From: Paenirhodobacter sp.
Lineage (GTDB): Bacteria > Pseudomonadota > Alphaproteobacteria > Rhodobacterales > Rhodobacteraceae
Assembly (NCBI RefSeq): GCF_050177655.1
Contig: NZ_JBFXGV010000006.1
Location: 4,467 to 68,466 of the forward strand
Direction: 5' to 3'
Length of the DNA: 64,000 nucleotides
Shown here in pieces: positions 18,417 through 27,602 of the stretch; position 1 is the stretch's first letter, and every line of letters starts with the position of its first letter. The notes below the pieces were generated by a model. That model searched no databases. It saw only the letters and a list, made by a program, of their open reading frames with translations, and was not told where the DNA came from. Made by a program: the position numbers and the translations under genes.

Positions 18417-19061
18417 TCAGAAAGAATAGTGAAAGCGGGCGATGTCTTCGGCGCAAATTCGGGCGACGATCCCGGCGGAGGCCGCGTCGTAATAGCGCCG
18501 CCAGTCGCGATCGCGCTCCGAAACGTTGGCCCGGGCCAACGGCGTGACGCGAAAGCCCAGATGCGCCTCCAGCGGCGCGGCATCTTCCTCGAGATGCTCG
18601 AGCCGCAGGAAGGCGGAGGCCGCGTCCGCCCCGCCAAGCCGCAGATAGCTGCCATAGGGCGCGCCACCGACCGAGGCCTGCGTCTGCGGATGCGCGAGGA
18701 ACCCCGCAAAATCGAGGTTCTTCGCCAGCGTCACCGCCGGATGCGCGAAACTCTGCCCCCGCAGCCAGTGATAATAGCTCACCATCCGGTCCCAGGGATT
18801 GCGCACCAGCGCAAAGGTGAACCAGTCGCGCGCCTGCGCCTCGGTATAAAGCCCGACCCCCTCGGCGAGGGTGGAATGCTTCCACAACCGCCCCGCCGTC
18901 TTCGCCTCCTTCAGCCGCCCCCGCCGGCGCTGGGCCTTCGGCGTGTCGCCGACGAGGATGTCATCGGCCATCGCCCGCGCCTCGAGCGCAAGCGCAAGCG
19001 CGGTCCCCCCCGTCTTCGGGATATGGACGAAGATGTAACGGCGGCCCGGCGACACGATCAT
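18417..19061 (-). CDS. sulfotransferase family protein
   Basis: The N-terminus IFVHIPKTGGTAL is a PAPS 5'-phosphosulfate-binding loop. The protein is 214 aa. Confidence 0.7.
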   Translation of the reverse strand: MIVSPGRRYIFVHIPKTGGTALALALEARAMADDILVGDTPKAQRRRGRLKEAKTAGRLWKHSTLAEGVGLYTEAQARDWFTFALVRNPWDRMVSYYHWLRGQSFAHPAVTLAKNLDFAGFLAHPQTQASVGGAPYGSYLRLGGADAASAFLRLEHLEEDAAPLEAHLGFRVTPLARANVSERDRDWRRYYDAASAGIVARICAEDIARFHYSF

Positions 19062-19288
19062 GGCGCAAGACTAGCGCCGCGGCCCGCCGATCAGAAGCCC
19101 CGATCGCCGCCCTGCCCTGCCGCGCCCCGGGTTAGCGATAACAACCCGCGGGCGAGTGCCGCGGCGACCGGATCGCCACGGATGACGTAGCGTAAACCAT
19201 TTGTGACAAGTCCCCGCCCCCCCTTTTCTTTCCCCGCGCCGATGCCGATTATCGCCGGGACAGGACATAGCCATCAGGGGGGAGTACC

Positions 19289-20914
19289 ATGGGTTGGCTT
19301 CGCGATGAAACCGGGCTGGACAAGTGTGCCGCGAATTTCGTGCCGCTGACGCCGCTTTCGCATCTCAACCGCGCGCTGGAGGTGTTTCCCGAGCGGACCG
19401 CCGTCGTCTACGGCTCGATCCGGCGCAATTACGTCGAGTTCCACGCCCGGGTGAGCCAGCTCGCCTCGGCGCTGAAGGAGCGCGGGATCGAACCGGGTGA
19501 CGTCGTCGCCGCGATCCTGCCGAACTCCGCCCCTCAGGTCGAGGCGCATTTCGGCGTGCCCGCCTGCGGCGCGATCCTGAACGCGATCAACACCCGCCTC
19601 GACGTCGACACCGTCTCCTATATCTTCGAACATTCCGAAGCGAAGATGGTGCTGGTCGACACCCAGTTCCTGAAACTCGCCGAGGCGGCGATCAAGCAGA
19701 TGCACGGCACCCCGCCGCAGATCATCGAAGTCGGCGACCCCGAGCACGGCTTCAAGGCGGGCGGGCATTACCTCGAATACGAGGAACTCGTCGCGATGGG
19801 CGATCCGATGTTCGACTGGATCATGCCGCAGGACGAATGGGAGAGCATCGCGCTCAACTACACCTCGGGCACCACCGGCAAGCCGAAGGGCGTCGTCTAT
19901 CACCACCGCGGCGCCTATCTTGCCACGATGGGCAACGCGATCTCCTGGCAGATGGGGCAATATCCGGTGCTGCTCACCATCGTGCCGCTGTTCCACTGCA
20001 ACAGCTGGACGCATCCCTGGATGATCCCGATGCTCGGCGGCACCACCGTCTGCTGCCGCGACGTGACCGCGAAGGCGATCTATGACGCGATCGCCGACGA
20101 GGGCGTGACCCATTTCGCCGGCGCGCCGATCGTGCTCAACACGATCATCAACTGCAAGGAAGAGGATCGCCGCCCCTTCGACCATGTCGTCGAGGTCTTC
20201 ACCGCCGGCGCCCCGCCGCCCGCCGCGACCCTTGCCGCGATCGAGCCGCTCGGCTTCAACGTGACCCAGGTCTATGGCCTGACCGAGGTCTACGGCCCCG
20301 CCACCGTCTGCACCTGGAAACCGGAATGGGCCGGCATCGAGGGCGAGGAACGCGCCGCGATCAAGGCGCGCACCGGCGTGCTGATGCCGATGATGGAAAC
20401 CGTCACCGTGCATGACCGCGGCCACGAGGTCTCGCGCGACGGCGTCCACCTGGGCGAGATCGTGATGCGCGGCAACTCGGTGATGAAGGGCTATTTCAAG
20501 AACGTGCAGGCCACGCAGGAGGCCTTCGAGGGCGGCTGGTTCCGTTCCGGCGACATCGCCTTCATGCACACCGACGGCTATATCAAGATCACCGACCGCG
20601 CGAAGGACATCATCATCTCGGGCGGCGAGAACGTCTCCTCGGTCGAGGTCGAGGGCGTGATCGCGGCGCATCCGGCCGTCTCGCTCTGCTCGGTGGTGGC
20701 CAAGCCCGACGAGAAATGGGGCGAGGTGCCCTGCGCCTTCGTCGAACTCAAGGACGGCGCCACGGTCACCGACAAGGAGATCATCGCCTTCTGCCGCGAG
20801 CGCCTCGCCGGGTTCAAAACGCCCAAGCGCATCGTCTTCGCCGACCTGCCGAAGACCTCCACCGGCAAGATCCAGAAATTCGAGCTGCGCGCCGTCGCGA
20901 AGCTGCTCGACTGA
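19289..20914 (+). CDS. AMP-dependent acyl-CoA synthetase/ligase
   Basis: It has YTSGTTGKPKGV (AMP-binding motif), GYGLTE-like YGLTEVYGP, and a C-terminal PKTSTGKIQK. Confidence 0.9.
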   Translation: MGWLRDETGLDKCAANFVPLTPLSHLNRALEVFPERTAVVYGSIRRNYVEFHARVSQLASALKERGIEPGDVVAAILPNSAPQVEAHFGVPACGAILNAINTRLDVDTVSYIFEHSEAKMVLVDTQFLKLAEAAIKQMHGTPPQIIEVGDPEHGFKAGGHYLEYEELVAMGDPMFDWIMPQDEWESIALNYTSGTTGKPKGVVYHHRGAYLATMGNAISWQMGQYPVLLTIVPLFHCNSWTHPWMIPMLGGTTVCCRDVTAKAIYDAIADEGVTHFAGAPIVLNTIINCKEEDRRPFDHVVEVFTAGAPPPAATLAAIEPLGFNVTQVYGLTEVYGPATVCTWKPEWAGIEGEERAAIKARTGVLMPMMETVTVHDRGHEVSRDGVHLGEIVMRGNSVMKGYFKNVQATQEAFEGGWFRSGDIAFMHTDGYIKITDRAKDIIISGGENVSSVEVEGVIAAHPAVSLCSVVAKPDEKWGEVPCAFVELKDGATVTDKEIIAFCRERLAGFKTPKRIVFADLPKTSTGKIQKFELRAVAKLLD

Positions 20915-21055
20915 CCTTCCGGGCGGGGGAACCCCCGCGCCGCGAACACCGATCTGGCCGGGGGGCTGACCGCCTCCCGGCCGTCTTCTGTCGGGCGCCG
21001 ATTGACCCGGGGGCGCGATCCGCTATCCTGCCCGAAACAGAGCAGAAACGGACGG

Positions 21056-22069
21056 ATGACCGCACTTCCCCAATACGAGAGGCTCGAAGCCCCGGGCATC
21101 TGGCGCGAGACGCCGGAGGCGCAGCGGCGCGAGGTGATCGTCTCCTTCGGGGATGCCACGCTGGTGATCGCCGACGACCGTTCCGCCCGCGCCCTCACCC
21201 ATTGGTCGCTGCCCGCGATCGCGCGGCGCAATCCGGGCCGGCGCCCCGCGCTCTACGCCCCTTCCGAGGAGGAGGGCGAAGAGCTCGAGATCGACGATCC
21301 GACGATGATCGAGGCGATCGAGAAGGTGCAGGCCGCGATCGAGGCGCGCCGCCCCCATCCCGGAAGGCTGCGCCGCTTCGCCACGCTCGGCACCGGCGCC
21401 GTGGTCGTGCTCGCCGCGCTCGTCTGGCTGCCCGGCGCGCTCGTCGATCAGGCCGCGCGCGTCGCCCCCTACGAGACCCGCGCCGCGATCGGCCGCGCCA
21501 TGCTCGACGATCTCGCGCGCACGACCGGCACCCCCTGCCATTCGACCGCGGGCGATGCCGCGCTCGAGGCCCTGGCCGAGCGCCTCGTCGAGCCAAGCCG
21601 GATCGTCGTCGTGCCCCGCGCGCTCAAGGGCGCACGGCTGCTGCCCGGCCAGATCGTCGTGCTCGGCGCCGATGTGCTCGACGGCCCCGACACGCCCGAG
21701 GTCGCCGCGGGCGAGATCATCGCGGCCGAGGTCGCCGGTGCGGGCAACGACCCGCTGCGCGCGCTCCTGCACCGCGCCGGGGCGATGGCAGCGCTGAAAC
21801 TGCTCACCACCGGCGATCTGCCCGACGATGCGGTGACCGGCTCCGGCGCCGCCCTGATCGCGACGCCGCCCGCCGCGCCGGAGGCCGAGCCGCTGCTCGC
21901 CGCCTTCGCCAGGGCCGGGGTCTCCGCGACCCCCTATGCCTATGCGCGCGATCCCTCGGGCGAAAGCGTGCTCGGCCTGATCGAGGCCGATCCGTTCAAG
22001 GGCGCCCCGGCGCCGCGCCCGGTGCTCACCGATGCCGACTGGCTCGCGCTGAAGGACATCTGCAACTGA
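21056..22069 (+). CDS. hypothetical protein with one predicted TM segment
   Basis: The 337-aa protein has third-position GC-rich codon usage consistent with coding. FATLGTGAVVVLAALVWLPGAL looks like a TM helix. I recognise no family. Confidence 0.5.
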   Translation: MTALPQYERLEAPGIWRETPEAQRREVIVSFGDATLVIADDRSARALTHWSLPAIARRNPGRRPALYAPSEEEGEELEIDDPTMIEAIEKVQAAIEARRPHPGRLRRFATLGTGAVVVLAALVWLPGALVDQAARVAPYETRAAIGRAMLDDLARTTGTPCHSTAGDAALEALAERLVEPSRIVVVPRALKGARLLPGQIVVLGADVLDGPDTPEVAAGEIIAAEVAGAGNDPLRALLHRAGAMAALKLLTTGDLPDDAVTGSGAALIATPPAAPEAEPLLAAFARAGVSATPYAYARDPSGESVLGLIEADPFKGAPAPRPVLTDADWLALKDICN

Positions 22070-22072
22070 AAC

Positions 22073-22090
22073 GGCGCCCCGGAGGGCGCC
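22073..22090. terminator. GC hairpin between convergent genes
   Basis: GGCGCCC-CGGA-GGGCGCC lies immediately after the stop at 22069. Confidence 0.45.
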
Positions 22091-22113
22091 GCGAAACCAC
22101 CGCGTCTCCGCGC

Positions 22114-23745
22114 TCAGTGCAGGATCGCGTCGCCGAAGCCCGCCGCCCGCACCGCGCCCAGCGCCTGGCCGGCATCGGCGAAGGGGCCGGACAGCACCAC
22201 CGACAGCAGCTTGCCGCCCTTGCGCAGGGTCGAGCTCGCCACCGGCAGGCCCGCGGCGCGCAGCCGCGCCTTCGCGGCCTCGGCATTCTGCGCCACGCCG
22301 AAGATGCCGACCTGCACGAAGCGCCCGCCCGCGGCCGCCTGCGGCTGCGCCAGCGCCGGGCGCGCCGGCGCGACAAGCGCCGCGGCATTCGGCGATTTCG
22401 ACGAGACCCGCGCCTGCAGCACCGGCTGCGGCACGTAATAGACCGGGACCGGCGCGGCCCCCGGCGGCACCCATTTCGACGGCACCGTGTTCGACCAGTA
22501 TTGCGCCTGCTGCGCATCGCCCGCCGCCGTGCGCGGCCCGCGATAGGGGTTCAGCCGCCCGTCCTGGAACGCCGGGCGATAGCCCGTCGGGCCGACCTCG
22601 GTCGAGACCACCACCGGCGCAAGCGTCACCGGCGCCCCGGCGCGCGGCCGGACATAGACCTCCTTCGGCGCGTTCTGCGAGGACATGGTGACGCTGTAGC
22701 CGGTGCCGCCGACCAGCGGCGCGCCCGTGTTCGCGCCGGCGTAATTCGTCGCCGAGGCGCCATAGCCGGTGCCCCCCACCAGCGGCGCCCCGGAATAGCC
22801 CGAAACGGCATAGGGCGAGACATAGCCCGAGCGCGTCATCGCCGGCGCGGCGGCGGCCACGGTCAGCCCGGGCACCGCGGCCTGGTTGATGAAGGCGGCC
22901 GGGTCTTCGGCGGGTGCACCACAGCGCACCACGCGGCGCCCGTCGGAAAGCTGGTAGCGCGTCGCGACCGGCGTCTCGGGCGGGCAGGAGGTGACACCAA
23001 CCGGCACCGCCTCGGCGGCGAGGATCGTCACCGGGCCGAGCGCGGCCTGCGGTGCGGCCGGCAGCGCAACGGTATTGTGGTAGCGCGGCACCGCCGCCCC
23101 GGCGAGCGCATAGGGCGAGACGTAATCGGCACGCGACAGCGCCGCGGCGGTTTTCACCGGGGCGGCCGGCGCGACCGGCGCGGGGGCCGGCACGACGACA
23201 GCCGGCGCAGCGGCGGCAACGGCGACCGGGGCGGCCGGTGCCACCGGGGCCATGCGGCCGATCTGCGGCGGGGTCTCGGTCAGCGCGATCGTCGCCATCG
23301 GCTTGCCCACGCCGGGGGTCGGCGCGAAGGGCGAGACCGGGCGCGTCGCTGCGGTGCGGGCCGGGGTCGGGGCGGGCATCGGCGCGGGCGCGGCCTTCGG
23401 CGCCACGCGCGCCACCTGCGCGGGGGCCGCGGCCGGAGCCGGGGCAACCGGCCCCGCCTTCGCCACCTCGAGCACCTTCTCGCCGTTCTGGAAGGTCGGC
23501 TTGTAGCCGCAAAGCTGCTTCTTGTCGCGCCCGACGCGCGGGATCCAGTTCACGTTGCCCGCAAAGCCGCCGCGCACGAAGACACAACCGGCGCTGTCGA
23601 CATATTGCCGGCCCTTGAAGGAGGGCGGCGGCACCTCCGCCGGGCCGTTGATATTCAGCTCAGCCCGGGCCCCCGAAGCGCCCAGGACCGCCATCATCAG
23701 CGCCGTCGTCAGAACCCCGCCAAACCGCATCTTTTTCCCCATCAC
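22114..23745 (-). CDS. SPOR domain-containing protein (secreted, Ala/Pro-rich linker)
   Basis: There is a signal peptide (MMGKKMRFGGVLTTALMMAVLGASGARA) and long AP-rich low-complexity stretches. The C-terminus RFVQVGIFGVAQNAEAAKARLRAAGLPV...LSGPF is SPOR-like. Confidence 0.8.
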   Translation of the reverse strand: MMGKKMRFGGVLTTALMMAVLGASGARAELNINGPAEVPPPSFKGRQYVDSAGCVFVRGGFAGNVNWIPRVGRDKKQLCGYKPTFQNGEKVLEVAKAGPVAPAPAAAPAQVARVAPKAAPAPMPAPTPARTAATRPVSPFAPTPGVGKPMATIALTETPPQIGRMAPVAPAAPVAVAAAAPAVVVPAPAPVAPAAPVKTAAALSRADYVSPYALAGAAVPRYHNTVALPAAPQAALGPVTILAAEAVPVGVTSCPPETPVATRYQLSDGRRVVRCGAPAEDPAAFINQAAVPGLTVAAAAPAMTRSGYVSPYAVSGYSGAPLVGGTGYGASATNYAGANTGAPLVGGTGYSVTMSSQNAPKEVYVRPRAGAPVTLAPVVVSTEVGPTGYRPAFQDGRLNPYRGPRTAAGDAQQAQYWSNTVPSKWVPPGAAPVPVYYVPQPVLQARVSSKSPNAAALVAPARPALAQPQAAAGGRFVQVGIFGVAQNAEAAKARLRAAGLPVASSTLRKGGKLLSVVLSGPFADAGQALGAVRAAGFGDAILH

Positions 23746-23796
23746 AAGTTATAGGGAAAATGCCGCAGTATTGTCTCCGAGTAAAGAATAAACGGC

Positions 23797-24435
23797 CTAT
23801 TTTGTGCCGAACATGCGGTCTCCCGCATCCCCTAGCCCGGGCACAATATATCCGTGATCGTTGAGGTGATCGTCCACCGCCGCTGTCACGATCGGCACGT
23901 CGGGATGGGCCTCGCGCATGCGCGCAATCCCCTCGGGCGCGGCCAGCAGGCAGAGGAAGCGGATGTTCTTCGCGCCCTTCTCCTTCATCAGCTGCACCGC
24001 CGCGGCCGAGCTGTTGCCGGTGGCCAGCATCGGGTCGACGATGATCACCATCCGCTCGTCGAGCATCGGCGGCACCTTGCAGTAATACTGCACCGGCTGC
24101 AGCGTCTCCGGGTCGCGGTAAAGCCCGACGAAGCCCACGCGCGCCGCCGGGATCAGCTCGAGGATACCATCGAGCAGCCCGTTGCCCGCCCGCAGGATCG
24201 AGATCAGCGCCAGCTTCTTGCCCTCGAGGATCGGCGCATCCATCGCGCAAAGCGGCGTCTCGATCGTCTTCGTCGTCAGCTCGAGCCCGCGGGTGACCTC
24301 ATAGGCCAGAAGCAGGCTGATCTCGCGCAGAAGCTGCCGGAAGGACGCGGTCGAGGTATCCTTCTCGCGCATCAGCGTCAGTTTGTGCTGCACCAGCGGG
24401 TGGTCCACCACCGTCACGAATTCGTCCATAGCCAT
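23797..24435 (-). CDS. upp: uracil phosphoribosyltransferase
   Basis: It contains [15 protein letters not shown], plus the PRPP loop [12 protein letters not shown]. Confidence 0.95.
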   Translation of the reverse strand: MAMDEFVTVVDHPLVQHKLTLMREKDTSTASFRQLLREISLLLAYEVTRGLELTTKTIETPLCAMDAPILEGKKLALISILRAGNGLLDGILELIPAARVGFVGLYRDPETLQPVQYYCKVPPMLDERMVIIVDPMLATGNSSAAAVQLMKEKGAKNIRFLCLLAAPEGIARMREAHPDVPIVTAAVDDHLNDHGYIVPGLGDAGDRMFGTK

Positions 24436-24456
24436 CCCCGTTTCGTCTTTCGTTTC

Positions 24457-25671
24457 TCAGATGAAGGAGCGCCCCGGCCCTTGCGCCGGCACGCCCAGAT
24501 GCGCCGCGACCGAGGCCGCGACATCGACATAACCCACTTGCCCGATCGCCTTCGGCCCAAGGCCATGGCCCAGCACCGGCACCCGCTCGCGGGTGTGGTC
24601 GGTGCCCGACCAGGTCGGATCGTTGCCGTGATCGGCGGTGAAGATCGCAAGATCGCCCGGCCGCAACCGCGCCAGAAACCGCCCCGCCGCCGCGTCGAAC
24701 CATTCGAGCGCGCGCGCATAGCCCGCGACATCGCGCCGGTGGCCATAGAGGCTGTCGAATTCGACGAAATTGGCGAAGGTGAGCGAACCCTCCTCCGCCT
24801 CCTGGCCCAGGCGCAGCAGGTGATCCATCAGATCGGCGTCGTTCTTGCCCTTGTGCAGATGCGTCACGCCGCGATGCGAGAAGATATCGCCGATCTTGCC
24901 GATCGCATGGGTGACGCGCCCCGCGCCCTCGACCCAGTCGAGCAGCGTCGGACGCGGCGGCTCGATCGCGAAATCGCGCCGGTTCGGGGTGCGCACGAAG
25001 CTGCCCGGGCGCCCGACGAAGGGGCGCGCGATCACCCGGCCCACCTTCATCGCATGCAGCCTTGGCGCGATGTCGCGGCACAGCTGCAAGAGCCGCGCGA
25101 GGCCGAAGCTCTCCTCATGCGCGGCGATCTGAAAGACGCTGTCGGCCGAGGTGTAGCAGATCGGCCAGCCGCTCGCGATATGCTCGGCGCCGAGCCGTTC
25201 GATGATCGCGGTGCCCGGCGCGTGGCAATTGCCCAAGATCCCCCCGGTCCCCGCCTGCTCGGCGACGAAGGCGACGAGATCGGGCGGAAAGCTGTTCTCC
25301 TTTTCGGGGAAGTAATGCCACTCCCAGGGCACCGGCACGCCGGCGAGCTCCCAATGGCCCGAGGGCGTGTCCTTCCCGCGCGAGACCTCGCTCGCAGCCC
25401 CCCAAAGCCCGTGCGGCGTCGCCTCCATCCCCGCGGGCCTTGCGCCCGAGGCCAGCTCTGCCGCCGCCGAAAAGCCCAGCGCATCGAGATGCGGCAGTTT
25501 CAGCGGCCCGCAGCGGCCGACATCGGCCCGCCCCGCGGCGCATTCCGCCGCGATATGGCCAAGCGTATTCGCCCCGGTATCGGGCAGCCCGTCGTTGAAG
25601 AACTGCGCCGCATCCGGCGCGCCGCCGATGCCGACGCTATCCATCACGATCAGAAAGGCACGCGGCATCAT
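24457..25671 (-). CDS. deoB: phosphopentomutase
   Basis: MMPRAFLIVMDSVGIGGAPDA and TADHGNDPT motifs are present. The ATG at 25671 makes an ATGA overlap with the deoA stop. The track ORF's upstream extension is spurious. Confidence 0.93.
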   Translation of the reverse strand: MMPRAFLIVMDSVGIGGAPDAAQFFNDGLPDTGANTLGHIAAECAAGRADVGRCGPLKLPHLDALGFSAAAELASGARPAGMEATPHGLWGAASEVSRGKDTPSGHWELAGVPVPWEWHYFPEKENSFPPDLVAFVAEQAGTGGILGNCHAPGTAIIERLGAEHIASGWPICYTSADSVFQIAAHEESFGLARLLQLCRDIAPRLHAMKVGRVIARPFVGRPGSFVRTPNRRDFAIEPPRPTLLDWVEGAGRVTHAIGKIGDIFSHRGVTHLHKGKNDADLMDHLLRLGQEAEEGSLTFANFVEFDSLYGHRRDVAGYARALEWFDAAAGRFLARLRPGDLAIFTADHGNDPTWSGTDHTRERVPVLGHGLGPKAIGQVGYVDVAASVAAHLGVPAQGPGRSFI

Positions 25672-26990
25672 GCAACATCCTCCGGCCCGATCCGGCCATG
25701 CAGCAGCGCCGGCTCCTCCGGCGCCTCCTCGGCCAGCCGATAGGCCGCGCGCACCGCCGCCACCGCCGCCGCGCCCTTCGCGGCATCCGGCGCATGGACC
25801 AGCGCGAGCGGCTCGCCCGCGGCCATCTCCTCGCCGATCGTGGCCAGCCCGGTCAGCCCGACCGAGGGGTTGATCCGGTCGGTGCCGACCAGCCGCCCGC
25901 CGCCCAGATGCACCACCGCCTCGCCCAGCGCGCGCGCGTCGACCGTGGCGACGAAGCCCGCTCGCGGCGCCGGCACCGCGAGGATCACCGGCGCCGAGGG
26001 CAGCCGGTCGGGGTAGCGCTCGACGAAATCCATCGGCCCGCCCAGCGCCGCGACCATCTTGCCGAAACACTCCGCCGCGCGCCCGGTTTCCAGCGCATGG
26101 TCGATCATCGCCGCGCCGTCGTCCATGTTCGCGGCCTTGCCCACCAGCGTCAGCACCTCGCCGCCCAGCGCCGCGGTCACATCCCAAAGCGCCTCGTTCA
26201 CCGAGGAGCCGGTCAGCGTCTCCATCACCTCGAGCACCTCAAGCGCATTGCCCGCCGAATGGCCAAGGCTCTGGCTCATGTCGGTGATCAGCGCCGAGGT
26301 CTTGCACCCCGCCCCGTTCGCGGTGGCGACGAGCGAACGCGCGAGCGCCTCGGCCTCAGCCATCGACGCCATGAAGGCACCGGAGCCGACCTTCACGTCG
26401 AGCACCAACGCATCGAGCCCGGCGGCGAGCTTCTTCGACAGGATCGAGGCGGTGATGAGGTCGATGCTCTCGACCGTGCCGGAAATGTCGCGGATGCCGT
26501 AAAGCCGCTTGTCGGCGGGCGCGATCTCCTCGGTCGCGCCGACGATCGCACAGCCGACCTCGCCCACCACCTTGCGCAGCGCCTCGACGCCGGGCAGCGC
26601 GCGATAGCCCGGGATCGCCTCCATCTTGTCGAGCGTGCCGCCGGTATGGCCCAGCCCCCGCCCCGAGATCATCGGCACATAGACACCACAGGCCGCGAGC
26701 GCCGGCGCGAGCAAAAGCGAAACGCTGTCGCCGATGCCGCCCGTCGAATGCTTGTCGACCACCGGCCCGGGCAGATCCCAGTGGATCACCTGGCCAGAGT
26801 CGCGCATCGCCCGGGTCAGCGCGACGCGCCCCTCGGTGCCGATGCCCTTGAGCAGCACCGCCATCGCGAAAGCCCCGGCCTGCGCGTCCGACACCGCCCC
26901 ATCGGCAAGCCCCGTCGCGAACCAGCGCGCGGCCTCCTCGCTCAGCCCGGCCCCATCGCGCACCGCCCGGATGACACTGCGCGCATCCAT
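25668..26990 (-). CDS. deoA: thymidine phosphorylase
   Basis: The 440-aa protein contains DKHSTGGIGD and ISGRGLGHTGGTLDK motifs. Confidence 0.95.
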   Translation of the reverse strand: MDARSVIRAVRDGAGLSEEAARWFATGLADGAVSDAQAGAFAMAVLLKGIGTEGRVALTRAMRDSGQVIHWDLPGPVVDKHSTGGIGDSVSLLLAPALAACGVYVPMISGRGLGHTGGTLDKMEAIPGYRALPGVEALRKVVGEVGCAIVGATEEIAPADKRLYGIRDISGTVESIDLITASILSKKLAAGLDALVLDVKVGSGAFMASMAEAEALARSLVATANGAGCKTSALITDMSQSLGHSAGNALEVLEVMETLTGSSVNEALWDVTAALGGEVLTLVGKAANMDDGAAMIDHALETGRAAECFGKMVAALGGPMDFVERYPDRLPSAPVILAVPAPRAGFVATVDARALGEAVVHLGGGRLVGTDRINPSVGLTGLATIGEEMAAGEPLALVHAPDAAKGAAAVAAVRAAYRLAEEAPEEPALLHGRIGPEDVA

Positions 26991-27382
26991 CAGGCGCGAT
27001 CCATGTGGCCCGCGTCGAAGCGCCCCGGAAGCAGCTCGCCGATCGTCGTCTCCAGCCGGTCGCCGTCGGTGGTGGCCAGCGTCACCGGCGTCTCGCCGCG
27101 GCCGAATTCCGCAAGCTTCTGGCGGCAGCCCCCGCAGGGCGGCACCGGCGTCGGGCTGTCGGCGATCACCGCGACCTCGACGAGCTCGGTCTCCCCCGCC
27201 GCGACCATCGCCGCGATCGCGCCGGCCTCGGCGCAGGTGCCCTCGGGATAGGCGACATTCTCGACGTTCACGCCGACATAGACGGCACCCGACTTGCCCC
27301 GCACCGCCGCCCCGACCTTGAACCGCGAATAGGGCACATAGGCATTCTCGCGCACACGGCGCGCGGCTTCGAGCAGGGACAT
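26990..27382 (-). CDS. cdd: cytidine deaminase
   Basis: It has the CAEAGAI (CAE) and PCGGCRQ zinc motifs. The ATG at 27382 gives 130 aa. Confidence 0.9.
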   Translation of the reverse strand: MSLLEAARRVRENAYVPYSRFKVGAAVRGKSGAVYVGVNVENVAYPEGTCAEAGAIAAMVAAGETELVEVAVIADSPTPVPPCGGCRQKLAEFGRGETPVTLATTDGDRLETTIGELLPGRFDAGHMDRA

Positions 27383-27602
27383 CGGGGCCTCCGGAGTGAT
27401 TTGTCCAAGTGGTTCAGTTTCGGACTCTGCGCCGGGCCGCGCGCCGATGCAAGCGGTGGCGCGGCGAGGCCCGCGCCCTGCGCACCCGTCAAACGCCCTT
27501 TGCACCCACCGGGACGGGCGTGGGGACCACGGGCTATTTCCTCTGGCGAGCATCTAGTTTAAGGCTAAACCAGTTTCGGGGAGAGACCCCAGGGAGAGAC
27601 TC

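Noticed and set aside
20716-23754. Very long ORFs (1012 aa on the plus strand, and 854 aa at 21023..23587 on the minus strand) span several annotated genes.
   Set aside because: They are extremely Arg/Gly/Ala/Pro-rich with no motifs. They lie in alternative or antisense frames over genes with clear homology-type motifs (the SPOR protein and the hypothetical at 21056..22069). They are typical high-GC shadow ORFs.
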